Shown: positions 1-12,429 of the stretch, one piece after another
Layout: the number at the start of each line of letters is the position of its first letter
Numbering within the stretch: the first letter of the stretch is position 1
NCBI GenBank assembly: GCA_047495785.1
Contig: JBLDXI010000013.1
Coordinates: 434,001-498,000, forward strand
From: Lepidodermella squamata
Taxonomy: Eukaryota; Animalia; Gastrotricha
DNA length: 64,000 nt
Reading direction: 5' to 3'
Notes under the pieces: model-generated
The model's database searches: none
What the model was told of the DNA's origin: nothing
The model's input: only the letters and a program-made list of their open reading frames with translations
Translations under genes and position numbers: made by a program

Positions 1-741
1 CTGGTAATCAAAAGCAAACAGATTGGAAGATTTCGAAGATTACCTGGGGTCGGGCTTCGAACAGGCCCAACTTTTATGAACATCACATCGGTAGTTCGCA
101 ACTTGATGATTAATCGCAATGATCAATGATGATTAAACAGTTCTTCGGAACCACTGATAACGCGCGACGATTTAATTTTATTGTTGATTTTTCGCCTATC
201 TATGGAAATAAGTATGACGAAGTAGTTGCAAAATGCAGGTTAAGATGCCTTTTCAATATTCACCAAGTATTGCACGAAGAATGTAGATGGCATTCTAAAT
301 ACCTCCTTTCATGCCGAGACCTTCATTTTCTTCATGATTTTGCTGAAGCTATCTCTGCCAGCATGAAGCTGCTGGATAATAAATTCATAAATTCAGAATC
401 ACCTGTTACCAGTGAAAATTATTACGTTCCATTTTCCAGTTGTTCTCAGCGTTTTCATCATTCATGAAAGCGATATTACTATATTGACTAACTATACAGG
501 TGTACGAGAGCGGCATTGTACAATAGCAAGACGACTAAATTTTGTCGATTTCAACCTAGCAACGCCCTTTGAGTGTGAAATAGCGGTCGCCCTTTTTGAT
601 ATAGGCATGCATACATTCACATAGGCACACACTCATACTCACATGTTTTGTTTTACTATTAATAAATCCTCGCAAAAATATTCTCCATTATAGCTGGTCA
701 CTGGTCACCTCGGCAAGGAATTTTTATTTTGAATTTAAACA

Positions 742-3375
742 ATGGCGCTGATGTTGGCGAATAAATCTTCGCCGAAAGCGTTGCAGCCGATGTCGGTGAT
801 CAACTACGAAAAATTAGCAGCCCTGATTGGCGATCCCAAGATAAAATTTTCCTATAATAAAAACTCTGCTGGCAGCGATCACAGTCATTCGACAGCCCTG
901 GTCCCTGTCGACCACAAAACGTTCATGCGGGAATACAAGAGCATTTTTCTGACTGAAAGCGAGCAGCGGGAAGAACACCGCCAGCGTAAACTGAATAAAT
1001 TTCACCGAGTCACGAAGCGACAAATCGAGGAGATGCCGGCAATAAGGAAGCGTGGCTCGAGAGCTGCTTTGCTACCATCGACAGCGACGACGAGTGGGAA
1101 TGCGATCGAGGGCGATATCGAGTCGACTGTTGGAGCTACGGCGCCGAAAGATAAGAGCCAAGACGACGAACAGTGCTTCGTGCAGGACGTGTTGCGCCGC
1201 GAGAAGGAACAGCGCTACAACGAGGAACATCGCATCGAAAAACACGTGAAACTTCTGCGACCGGTTCGGCTTCACAAGCAGGGCCGGCTATTTCCTATGC
1301 TGAACAGGAAGCAGTGTTCGAGACTTGAAAAGCTCCTCTCTAGAATGTAAGAATCCAACCGTCCCAAATTTGAAGAAATCCTGATCAATTTTTGTGTTTC
1401 GAAATCCCAATTTAATGTGATTTTTTTACAGGCCATATGACAGATCGTTTGAAGAAAACATCCACGTTATGAACATTTTGCAAAACTACGAGCCATTAGC
1501 GCGTCAAATGCCAATTTTCCAACTAAAGGAACTACTCATAACGGCAACTCTGGAGCGCTACGACGACAGCGGAGTTGTTGTGTTCGCCGGCTCTGGTTTC
1601 CACATAGTACTAAGCGGGTCTGTAAAACCCCTCGCTGCACCTTATGTTGAATTTCTCGACGAAGAACCGCCTATCACGCCAGGAAGTACTATTCGCCGAT
1701 CGTCGACTGACCTTCCAATCGATCCGTCCGCAACATCGATGTCGATCCACCTTAACGCGTCATCAGCGCCGGTCAATAAGCCAACTAGCAAGGGCAATAT
1801 GAACTTCTCGCCTAGACAGGATGAGGACAAGACGAATTTGTTTGCCGAATTGTTGCATGAGCCGAGTTCGTTGAGTCTTGCTAGTAGCCACGGCTTGCTG
1901 CCTCCGATAGCCGAAACTGGCGGGGATTCGCGTGGGCTCGACAACTCAAGCCAACAGTCCCTCCGGCGCCACGTTTCATTCGCCCACGAAGGCGATGAAG
2001 GTCATCCTCAGCCTGAAGCAGCTGCGCCAGCTGTGGAGGAGCCGGAGAAAGAGCAACATCAACCAGTGATGAATAGTCGGGAGAATCAAAACACGGCTGA
2101 TACTACGGATACGTTCGAACAGATTGAAATGGTTCGAAAAGCTACATTTGAAGCCTCGAGTGCAGGTCATCGGCGTAGCATGCTGTCATCTTCAATTACA
2201 GTTCGTCTCTTCTTTTCAATTACTTGAAAACCTCATAAGTTATTTTTAATCTGTAGCTTGGCCGAGGCGAATGTTTCGGAACCTTACGGACGAGATCAGC
2301 TGGAGACGGCGATGAAGGGTTAGAGACTGAAATTTCGAAAGGATTACTGATCAAAAATAATTGCTTACAGAATCATGCTTTGCCGGGTTAGCGAGCCGAA
2401 GACTGTTCTATTGAAGCTGAGCGCAACTTCGTACGATCGCATTAGCAAGGTATGAAACAGCTCAATTTCGGCCTATATTGCACTCGTTTTTGTGATATGC
2501 ACAAATAAAACCGCACAAATTTTTAACTTTGATACAGGGCGGAATCTCGGTATGATCGATCGCATAACGCTGTTATATGTAGTCATTAGATTTTAGATTA
2601 TACCATTACCCCATACCTGGCTTTGTAGCTTATACCGACTCTCCTATATTTTCATTAAATAGTTAGCTGAAAATTTGTTCAAATTGTAATTGTTTGTTAC
2701 TTTTGTAATGCAGGCTTTGACCCAGCGCCAGTTGGATAAAAAAGTCAACTTGATATCAACATGCGAAGCTTATCGATATTGGTCTCGCCTGTCGCTGGAG
2801 CATTTGGCTCGTTGTGCCATTTGGGTCCAGTTTCCAGCCGGTACCGTCCTAGCAGCTGAGGGGGAAGTATGTCCTTATGCTGGCTACCTATTGGCAGGCG
2901 AGTGTCGCATCGCCAGGCGAATCCATGTGAAGGAGTTTATCAAAAACAACCAAGAAGTCAGGCGCAGGAAAGAAGTTATTATGGGCACATTCACGCCTGG
3001 CAATTCGTTCGGCGAGAAGTGCCTGATGGAATATCAGCCGATGAAGTTTACCCTGATCACAGTTACCCCGTGCGAATTAGCCGTGATCAGTGAAGAATCG
3101 ATCCAAGGTATGGGACCTCTCCTGAATTAAACTATTTGTCTAATAATTTTGTTTGATTTCAAGATCTGGATGCCGGAGTGAGGCAGTTGTTAGGCCAGGT
3201 TGATGCGACTGGTCCTGGGTTGACAGCTGCGAATTTCGAGGAAGACGACATCTATCAGGAATATATCAAACAAGAATCCGACAGGCGGTGGTCTGATTTC
3301 AGGCGGCGGGTCGTGTCAGATGTAATCAATTATACAGGAATAACTCCTGGCTACGGCAAGTGGTCGAAAAGCTAG
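742..3375 (+). CDS. CNBD1: Cyclic nucleotide-binding domain protein, CNBD1-like (6 exons, approx. 742-1346, 1432-2200, 2258-2318, 2371-2449, 2714-3107, 3164-3375)
   Basis: Spliced frame is open. It has two CNB-type domains: GFHIVLSGSVK...LGRGECFG and FPAGTVLAAEGEVCPYAGYLLAGEC...GNSFGEKCL...FTLITVTPCELAVI. The second lacks the phosphate-binding-cassette Arg. C-terminus is GITPGYGKW. Orthology is from recalled motif pattern. Confidence 0.7.
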
Positions 3376-3606
3376 ATAACACTACTGCTGAGCAACGTTT
3401 TCCTATAAAATGACGAAATTTCGTAATAAATAAAACGTCGATGAAACATTTGAGACTCAAATATCAAACCATGGTTTTCATTTTTTATTTTTATTTTCCG
3501 CAAATTCTAACTAATTAACTAATTAACAATCACCCCTGAACGCTGGAGTATATTTTCAAATTGAATCAATAATTTAAGGCTAAAGTTCGACAGTAAGTCA
3601 TCATTC

Positions 3607-6326
3607 CTAATTCACAAGCATCGGCTTGCCATCGCCCTTCTCCGGATCAGCTGCTACGTATAACTTCTTGCCGGCGTTAACGTCATGTTCAGGTTCAGGA
3701 CGAATTGTTCGCAAACGGCCGATTCGTAGCAATAAGCACAGGTAGCCGAGGAGACGGAAACTCACCAAGAGAACGCCGAGTGCTATAAAGTCTCGGCACA
3801 TGTTATTCTAATAGAAAATCCAAAATTTACTGCATGTTACGGTATCTCTAGACCTAAACGTACCACGTCGTAGCTCAAGCTGATTAGAACTTGTTCACCG
3901 TCCTTGAAACACCGAGATGACTGGAGCGCCGTGGAGTTGGCCAAGGTAAAGTTTCCAGTAGGAAGAGAAGTCGAATTTGATGCGTTGCCCAGCAATGACT
4001 GGAAAGTTTCCTCATACTCACATCTGCGTAGGGAAATATTCAAGTCTATGGCAAGATTGTAAGGATCTCAAGTCATTCTTACCCGATGGGGCCGAAATTG
4101 TGCCATTGATTGATAGCCAGGATTTCGTTAGCGTACTTGTACCATGAAATGTGGGCTAGCCATGTGAAATACACGGGGATTGAGCCGTCGTTAAGCATTA
4201 AACCCGAAAAAAGCATCAAAGGCACTGTAACCGGGCTGGCGATCGTTATCGCGAGATAAGTATCACCAGTAGCGCATGACAAAAAGTAGCCGAAAGACAC
4301 GACAACGTGGGTCAAGAAGACAATTGTTGCAACAAATATGAGGTAAGCTTCCACGTCATTCTTGAACCCTATCATCCAATATAAAATCTGGAAAATAAAT
4401 TAGAACTCATCTGTTAATTGTTTCAAGTATGTATCGGCCTACCGAGGCAAATATTATCGGACCAATGGTGAAGTAAATGAAGTCCGGTATCATTTTACTC
4501 ATGTAATAGATTGCCGTACTATACATTCCAGCATGGTACTCCCGCTTCACGATAGGAATGTTTTGAGGAAACGTCTAAAAAGCCATAGTTAGCAAATTTT
4601 CAACTTCCTTATAATAGGTTATTTACGTTGAGGACAGAGTACATATTGCCAAAGACGGATGTGACAACCACGAGAAAAATTGCTCCGTTAATGTTTTGCA
4701 CACCGGTTTGATTATTTGGTTGCATTATGTACAGAAGCCCTGTGGCAGGCAATTCGAAAATCGGCAATGACACGAATAAATCATCAGTACTAACCTGTGA
4801 CTAAAGCGATGATGAGGTTTTGACACGTTCTCGCTACCATGATCTGGCGATTTCTAAACGTGCTCACGCAAGCGCTAGATATTTCAAGCAAAGTTGATGA
4901 AAAGAGACGTCCTGATCAAGTTCAAGATGAACCTACCGCCAAGCGCAATGCCGAAACTGGTTCAAATACCCAGTTTTGTATCGTGCCATGTCGTCAGCAG
5001 AAAAGTTGCTTTCCACAATTGGAACCTGCCGATTTCAATGTTTAACAATCGATGAATATTCAACCGTAGGTTGTAGGTGAGTTACCTCTGAAGTCGCGAC
5101 AACCTTTGAATTTGCAGCATCTAACTTTTTAGACATTTCATTCTCGACGAAAAGCTTATTTAGGTGCTAGATTAATAACAGAATTGTTAGCATAATTACA
5201 AGCTGATTGTTCTCGCTTCCTACCTTGATTTTTTCTTGACTTTCCTGCTCTTGCCCAGGTGTCGTAGCAATTGTGTTCATGTAATGATCAGCCTATTTCA
5301 TAAATTTAGAAATTAGTTGTAATTTTATGAACGAATTGAAGCGTATAACTAACCGGGTTGAAATCAGGAGGGCAGAGGTACCCAGCGCGATTAAAGAACT
5401 CTTTGGCTTCAACAGTTGGGCCCATGAACACCAACTGGCCTTGAGACATCAACAACAGACTAACAAATCATAAAGGTAAGTTTAAAATTATTTGAATTTT
5501 CTCGTTTAATACTTGTCAAATAGCGCGAAGATTTGCGAAGAGGGTTGATGGATGGTGCAAATGACAATTCTTCCTTTACCAGCAATTGTCTTCAAGGTTT
5601 GCACGGCATTTATCGCTGTAAAGGAATCCAAGCCCGTTGTAGGCTCATCAGCAAACAGCATGATCGGATTGGTCAATATCTATTGAATCCAATAATTAAT
5701 CTTAATCATATCGAGCAATTAAGTTTCAAACCTCTGAAGCAAACGAAAGGCGCTTCCTCTCCCCACCGGAAATGCACCGCCCTTTAGCCGGGTCTCCAAT
5801 CGCCGAACCCGCGCACTTGTTGAGGCCAAGTTCGAGAATCACCTCTTCGACTCTTTTCCGCCTATCGCTTAGAGATGTGCTCGACTCCATACGTAGCATC
5901 GCTTGAAAAGTTAGATGCTCTCGAACGGTCAGGAATGGGAAGAAAAGGTCGTCTTGTTGGACGTAAGCAGAACACTTGGAAATTTCGCCGCTGATTTTCC
6001 GGCCGTTGGCTTTCACCACGCCAGACACGCTCAAATCACTCGTGAAACGATGCGTGAAAACGTTCAACAGAGTCGTTTTACCACAGCCGGATGGGCCCAT
6101 GACAGCCATGAGTTTCCCCGACTCAGTGATGCCGGATACTAAAGAGAGAAATTAGCGTGGATGGACGAGAAATTAGCAGTTTTTTACTGTTGCTAATTAA
6201 GTTGACCGGTTCCCCTTTTACTTTTCCGAAAATCGACTTCTTCGGAGGAACAGTAACAGTTAAGTTTTCCCAGCTCAGCGTGACGCTGGGCGGGCTCGCA
6301 GATGCTGTACCAATAGAATCCATCAT
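3607..6326 (-). CDS. white: ABCG half transporter, white/scarlet family (multi-exon)
   Basis: N-terminal [10 protein letters not shown], Walker [23 protein letters not shown], signature [24 protein letters not shown] and CTIHQPSS. The C-terminal ABC2 membrane region has REYHAGMYS and [10 protein letters not shown]...[16 protein letters not shown]. Short GT-AG introns join the pieces. Confidence 0.92.
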
Positions 6327-8572
6327 ATTTAAATCACAATTTTCTGAATTCTATTGAAATAAACATGAAACTAGAGCTGCTTATGAGTAATGTTAACCTA
6401 CCGGCAACTCTGGGGCTGAACATTGAACTAGGTGCACTACGCTATTGCGATAAGAAAAAGCGCAGGCTTATCTTGTTTTGTCGCGCGATATTTGTCCAAG
6501 AGTTTTTGACACTTTGGACATGCGGCATAGACAAAGACGAAGGGGGAAAAGTTTAATGATTATTCCTATGTGAAAATATCGTTGATGTCCGAGGGAAATT
6601 TAACCTAAAAAGGAACATGAGATTTTTGAATACCACAACACATAAGAACGACGGGAGATGTAGTACGGATAGGTAAAATGCTCAAAGGTAAAACAATGTG
6701 TCATTTGAGCAAAGTCCAAGATAAAAGTGAAATTGTCTCTCTCGCTGACTGTCCTGACGCGAGCTTTTTTCGCAATCAAACCTGTCAAGGAGCGCGTTCA
6801 AGTTTTAAATAACTACAAGAAAAAAATTAAATTCACATCGCAGGAGGTTTTTTTATCTTATCGTATCGATCGATGATAGCAGCTAAATTTTGGCCAATAA
6901 AAAATGGCCAGCTTCTGTCGCTAAATGGGAAATAGGTCGAAAAAAATGATAAGAGTCTATGCCAGTGCACCCAATATTTTGCACCTTAATTCAATCAACC
7001 AAGCCCCTCCGCTCAGGTGCTGCGCCTATACTCGTCTTCCTACCAGTAATTACTGGCTTGTTGGAAGTTCGAAACGTATGACTTGCGACATGAAACCATC
7101 GATGTAGCGACAGACATGGTGCGAATTATTCAGAAAGTGCGATTTCGAAGTTGCATTCTGGTGAGTCTAAAAATTACTGCGCCATCACACGCCGTCAAAA
7201 GCAATCAAAGGTGACACATAGTTTGACAGGCCTAACAGGTTTTGAAAGTTCGTTTGTTTCAATTTTTATTGTTTGCCTTTTAAACCACCTGCTTCGATCT
7301 GCGGACGTACGGCTGTTTGCGTTATATGAGATCGAAAATGTTGACATCATAGACATTTTCGATCCACAAATAGACCACTCATGTAAAAAGGCCCCAGAAT
7401 CCATCAGCTTTCACAGTCAGCTTTTCACAAGCATTTTTGAGGTTTGAAAATTATTACGTTTCATTTTTGGGATTTGCTTGATTAAATCTAATATTTTATT
7501 CAAATTCACCTTCACTTTCTCATCTGAGTATTTTGTCAGTCAACTTCCATGTCGGTTTTCTGAAAACGTTCCAACAAAGCTTCTCAGCAGGATCAAACCT
7601 CGAGCTACCTGCTGATAGTGTGGAATTTTTGGCTGGAATCGAATGGTTTTCCATGTCTTTCACTCTGATGCATTTTAGGTACCTATAAATTTTCAAGACC
7701 TGGTTAAGGCGCTGAAATGCAGGTAATGCATTGGCAGTTAGCAACATGGAGCCGTATCGGTTTCACACGCGAACGGCCATCGATTCGAGCACTCATCAGC
7801 CATCAGCGATCGCGCATAGGCTATGTACCTATATAAGCGCGAACACGTGCGCGCGCGCCCGATATGTTGCATCACCGAGCGCGCGCGGTAATCACCGGCG
7901 TTCGAAAGTGGAGCCTAAATGTGCTCATCACTGTCAGTGGGCGCTGATGCCTGGCTAATACCCCGGTAATGAACATATTATATCGCATTAGGTCACGGCT
8001 CACGGCTGCTAGAACGCGATGGCATGTTCAGATTTCGTTCGCTCGTCAAATTCCAGCCAAAAGTGATTAGTGCTTGTTGTAATAATAATAACGATTATTT
8101 CGTTATAATAACACCCTAATGCCGGTAGGCGAAGGTCAGCCGGGCGCCGTATCGAAAGATCAGCCGCAGCCGTTCGTTACCTGGTACCATTAGCGAGCAA
8201 CATCACAGGTTTACCTGACTGATGATCATGAGGCAGTGCACTTTGCTCAAAGCGTTATTTCGCTGTTTTACTTATCAAAACGGAGCTAATACTTTTGAAA
8301 TGCCAGTGATAGGTATTTTTTGTTGCGAAAAAGAACGTAACAACGACGTGAGTCAAGTGCGAGAAAAGAGCGAGAGTTAAAAAGGCACTAAAATTGCGTC
8401 TACAAGTGTCAAACTGATGTTATTTTTTTGCGAGTATCACACAACACAACGGAAATTTTGCGTGTGCATCCATTCAATCGCTTTTTTCAGGTCGAAAGAG
8501 TGCCTCTCGGATCTAACATCTGGGTCTAAGTATATTGCGACTGGGTGGTTTTTCATCAGCATTAATACTTTT

Positions 8573-11500
8573 TCACAAATAAAAAATTGGATTCAGCGTG
8601 TTGTTGCTGTTGTTGTTGGTGGTGTTGGCGCTGGTGTTGTTAGCGCCATTACTCGACGGCACGGAGTAAGACGAAGGCGAAGATTTACTGTTGTCTGTAC
8701 TTGCTTTATTCGCTGGCGATGCACTATTCGCCGCCGAAGAGTCACGTTTGCCGTTCGACCTTGCTACTTGTTGTTGCGAGCTACTCCGGGACTGGCTGTT
8801 ATTATTGTTATTGTTGTTGCCATTGCTACTGTTAGGAATAGGTGAGGGCTGAGCGAAATTGAATCGAAGTGAAGCTGCAAGAAATATCAAACAACATGTG
8901 ATTCAATTTTCAATCAAGTTAATCGAAATAGTTTTTAAGATGGCTATCAGCGTTGGCACTCTTATTTATTATCTTTCGCGAGGTGAGATGATGAAATCTC
9001 GCTCGTTTCATTACAAGGTGCAATCACGGCCGTGTTTTTCAATGATGTGCGATGAGTTCATCAAGCCCGCCGCGCCAAATCATCATCACCATCATCATGT
9101 AGTAGGGATAATAATGATAATAGTAATAATAATAATAAAGACTTATTAACTAATATACCACCGCACGCGTCGGGTGGGTTATTATCGCGCGCTTAACAAC
9201 ACGTGAACGCGATGGGCTGCGGCGGAAGGCTTCGGAAGCGCAGCCGTGTGTGTGTGCGCGCGCGCGAAATCGGAGCATGCCATCGCGTGCATTCTAACCC
9301 TGCGCGTATCGCCGATCGAAGGCAAGCCAGCGAACGAACGGGAGAGCGGCTTTGTTTACACGCCAGCACCGTCACAGCCTGCACCCATCTGCTGCTCGGC
9401 TGTTGGCTGCTGCTGCTGCTGTGGCTCGAAGCGCGCATAGCAGCTCCGAAGGTACTAATACCCGGCATTTAGCTGGCATATTACGCGCGCCTATATACCG
9501 GTTCGCCAGCGATTGCCAGTTTCGATAATATTGAAGCCGCTTCAAATGATGTGCGCTAAATAGGCGAATCGCGCCGCGTCTCGGCAGCCATGCCTAAAGC
9601 GGGCGGCGCGATAAAAAGTTACCACGCCAATTTTTGGCGGCCGACGACTAATGCCAAACAGCATCGTCTTTTAAATCGCGATTATCGGTGAACGCATTGT
9701 AAAAAAATTGCTGCCGTAGAATGACTCATTGCGCTTATAGAACACTCACCTGTCTGGTCGAACATGGGCGCTTGTTGAGGTTGCCTCGCGTGTTGCTGTC
9801 CTAACATGTTCCAGTCCATCGAAGTTACACCACTGAAACCATTGACTCGTTGCGAATCGTACAGACCCGGCGTTGCGAAAAAACTGCAAGACAAAAACAT
9901 AATTACAATAAAATTGATGCGTAACGTTTTGCCCCAACATATTTATAACTTAAACTGCTGATCATCATCATGTTCATTTCCTGGAACCTGGAATACCAAC
10001 TTAGTATCCTGAACAAAACTGATTGGAAAAATGCCAAGATGCTACAGAGTTTTCTAAATAAGTTCTACGTTGGAGCTTCAGGTCACGGTTTAGAAGGTTC
10101 GACTGATATACCACGAGAAGGAGGTCATTTTTTTCTAACCATTTTTTTCTAACTTGGATGTAAGAAAATGATAAAGATGATAAGAAATTTACTTGTTGGC
10201 TGCGTTTGACGTAGGGAAAGGCGAGGATGCGGCGACCGGCGCCATGAAAGGATTCGCCCGAAAACAGTTGCCACTCGCATCCACCGAGTAGAGATCATGC
10301 GCTGAGCCGGAGCTTCCATACAACGAAGATGCAGCCGGAAACTGGCTGTACGAAGGTGTCGACACGGATGGCAGCGTCACTTGTTGTTGTTGCTGCTGTT
10401 GTTGCTGCTGCTGTTTCCCACGCCCGCCAACGGCGTTGTTTCTGTTGTTGTTGGTCCTCGAACCCGTGCCGTTGTTCGCTCCATTGCTCGTTGGTGTTCC
10501 ACTCGTTGGCACCGGCATAGTCGCATAGGCAGCTGGAAATTGCTGCCCAATCAACCCGGCATTGCCGTAGCCGTTATGGTACAGCAATTGATGCTGTTCG
10601 ATAACATGCTGATCAGCATCGCTTTGTCGCATGAACTGCCCTCCATTGCCTCCTCCATTGAAAAAGTTGTGATGAGGGCTTTGCTGCGACGGGGCAGTCA
10701 ATAAGTTCGCCACCGCCGGCATACGCTGTTGCTGCTGTTGTCCACCATTGAACAACCCTTGTTGCTGGCCGTTCGACTGAAGCTGCGCGTTCATCATGGC
10801 GCCATGGTGCAGCTGACTACTGGTGTTGTTGGCGCCAAAGTTGCCGCCGGCGTTAGGCGGTGAAGCGACAATACCGGTCGCTGGTGTGACGGAGGTCGAC
10901 GATGACGAGGCGCAACCCCCGCTCGACGCGCCCACACTGCCACCGGCGCTAATTGCCTTCCGACGAAAGCCACGAGGCCGGCGCCGGAACGAGCCCTCCT
11001 CGAACATCAACTCCGCATTCGGGTCAATCGTCCAATAATGACCCTTACCCGAACGACCGATACCCTTTGGCAGTTTGATAAAGCACTAGAGAACGAAATA
11101 AATTTAATACATGCAACTTCAAGCTAACGATGTAGACTAACCTCATTTAGCGATAAATTGTGGCGAACGCTATTTTTCCAGCCCTGATAATTGCCGCGGA
11201 AAAATGGAAATTTATGCTGTAGGAAGTTGTAGATTTCGCTTAATGTGCATCGCTTTGAAGGGGTAGATTGAATGGCCATAACGATTAGAGCTATGTAGCT
11301 GAAAGGTGGTTTTTCCTGGCGCCGCGAGGTGCCATTGCATGTCGCAGCGGCACCGCCGCCCAAAGCCATAGCTGCTTTTAGCTCAAACTCGCGCTTGCTA
11401 TTCGAACCTTTCGTCGAAGCTTTAGTTGCACTCGGTTTCACGTGAAAATTTCCCCCATTTTGCTTGCCAGGGGTTTCCATCTGCAATATGACCGTAATGA

Positions 11501-11869
11501 ATATTTTGATTATTGGGAAAAAACAATACAAACCTGGCCGAAGTCCGTTCGAGGTATCATGTCGTCGAATTGGAACGACATGTTATTTTCGGACTTATTA
11601 TTTTGCATGAAGGGGGCCATTATTTCTGTCTTCAGCGAAGCATGACATTCCGGTGTCTGCTGTTGGTGCTGTTGTTGCTGCTGCTGCAGCCGGTGACCGT
11701 CATCGTCGGTCGTGCTAGTGGCTGGCAGGATTTCATGATGCGGGGTCGTCGAGTTCGAAACCGACGATTGCGAACTGGTGGCGACGATTGAGCTCGGTGT
11801 TGTTGTAGGAACTACTGCAGCCGATTTATTGCAATCGATAGCGAGCATGCACTCGCCAACAGTCACCAT
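8573..11869 (-). CDS. FoxF: Forkhead transcription factor FoxF (exons 11869-11534, 11480-11142, 11085-10193, 9883-9750, 8874-8573)
   Basis: Forkhead domain [20 protein letters not shown]...[19 protein letters not shown]|[22 protein letters not shown]...[17 protein letters not shown] is diagnostic of FoxF. All junctions are GT-AG and keep frame. The last two exons are Q/N/S-rich and less certain. Confidence 0.93.
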
Positions 11870-11985
11870 TGCAGGGGGCCAACAACGGCGATAATTGTAT
11901 TACTTGGCGGTAATGTAAACGAATCAGTGCCGCAAGTGTCTGGTCACACGCGATTGGCGATGCGGATGCGCGCGTGAGAGTGAAA

Positions 11986-12039
11986 TATTTACAAGTTGTA
12001 TTTACGGAATATCGGTAAACGGTTTAAACGTTGTAAACA
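11986..12039. promoter_or_regulatory. Cluster of forkhead-binding motifs (RTAAAYA) just upstream of FoxF
   Basis: TATTTAC at 11986 and 11999 (GTAAATA on the minus strand), GTAAACA at 12033, plus near-match GTAAACG at 12015. Confidence 0.4.
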
Positions 12040-12429
12040 AGCGCTTGTATGGTCGCTAATTGAAGTCTCCGAAGCGGTAACACAAGCCAGAGGCACGCGT
12101 TTCTCAGAGCTTGATTCAGCAGTATGATGCACGTGCAGTTTGATGTACGCTCTACTGAGCAGCGCCGATGTTCGCTTACGTTCTTACCATCTCGTACGGA
12201 AGCAGGCGATTCGCCCAAATCCCCTGCGGAATAACGCCAGCCAATCAGATTCGCCCGCCAGGAAGATGCGCAACCATCATGATCGTTCACTTGGCTTCAC
12301 ACGCTATTTGGTTTATTATTATTATTAGCGCAGTAATAAGCATTTATACATGCGCTGATGTGGTGCGAGCACGCGTACCGTGTACGCACCCAGTTCTTGG
12401 CGCAGTATTGGCAGCGCGAGAGCGGTAAT

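Noticed and set aside
126-624. ORFs 126-467 and 412-624
   Set aside because: No recognisable motifs, and I could not build a consistent spliced model on either strand.
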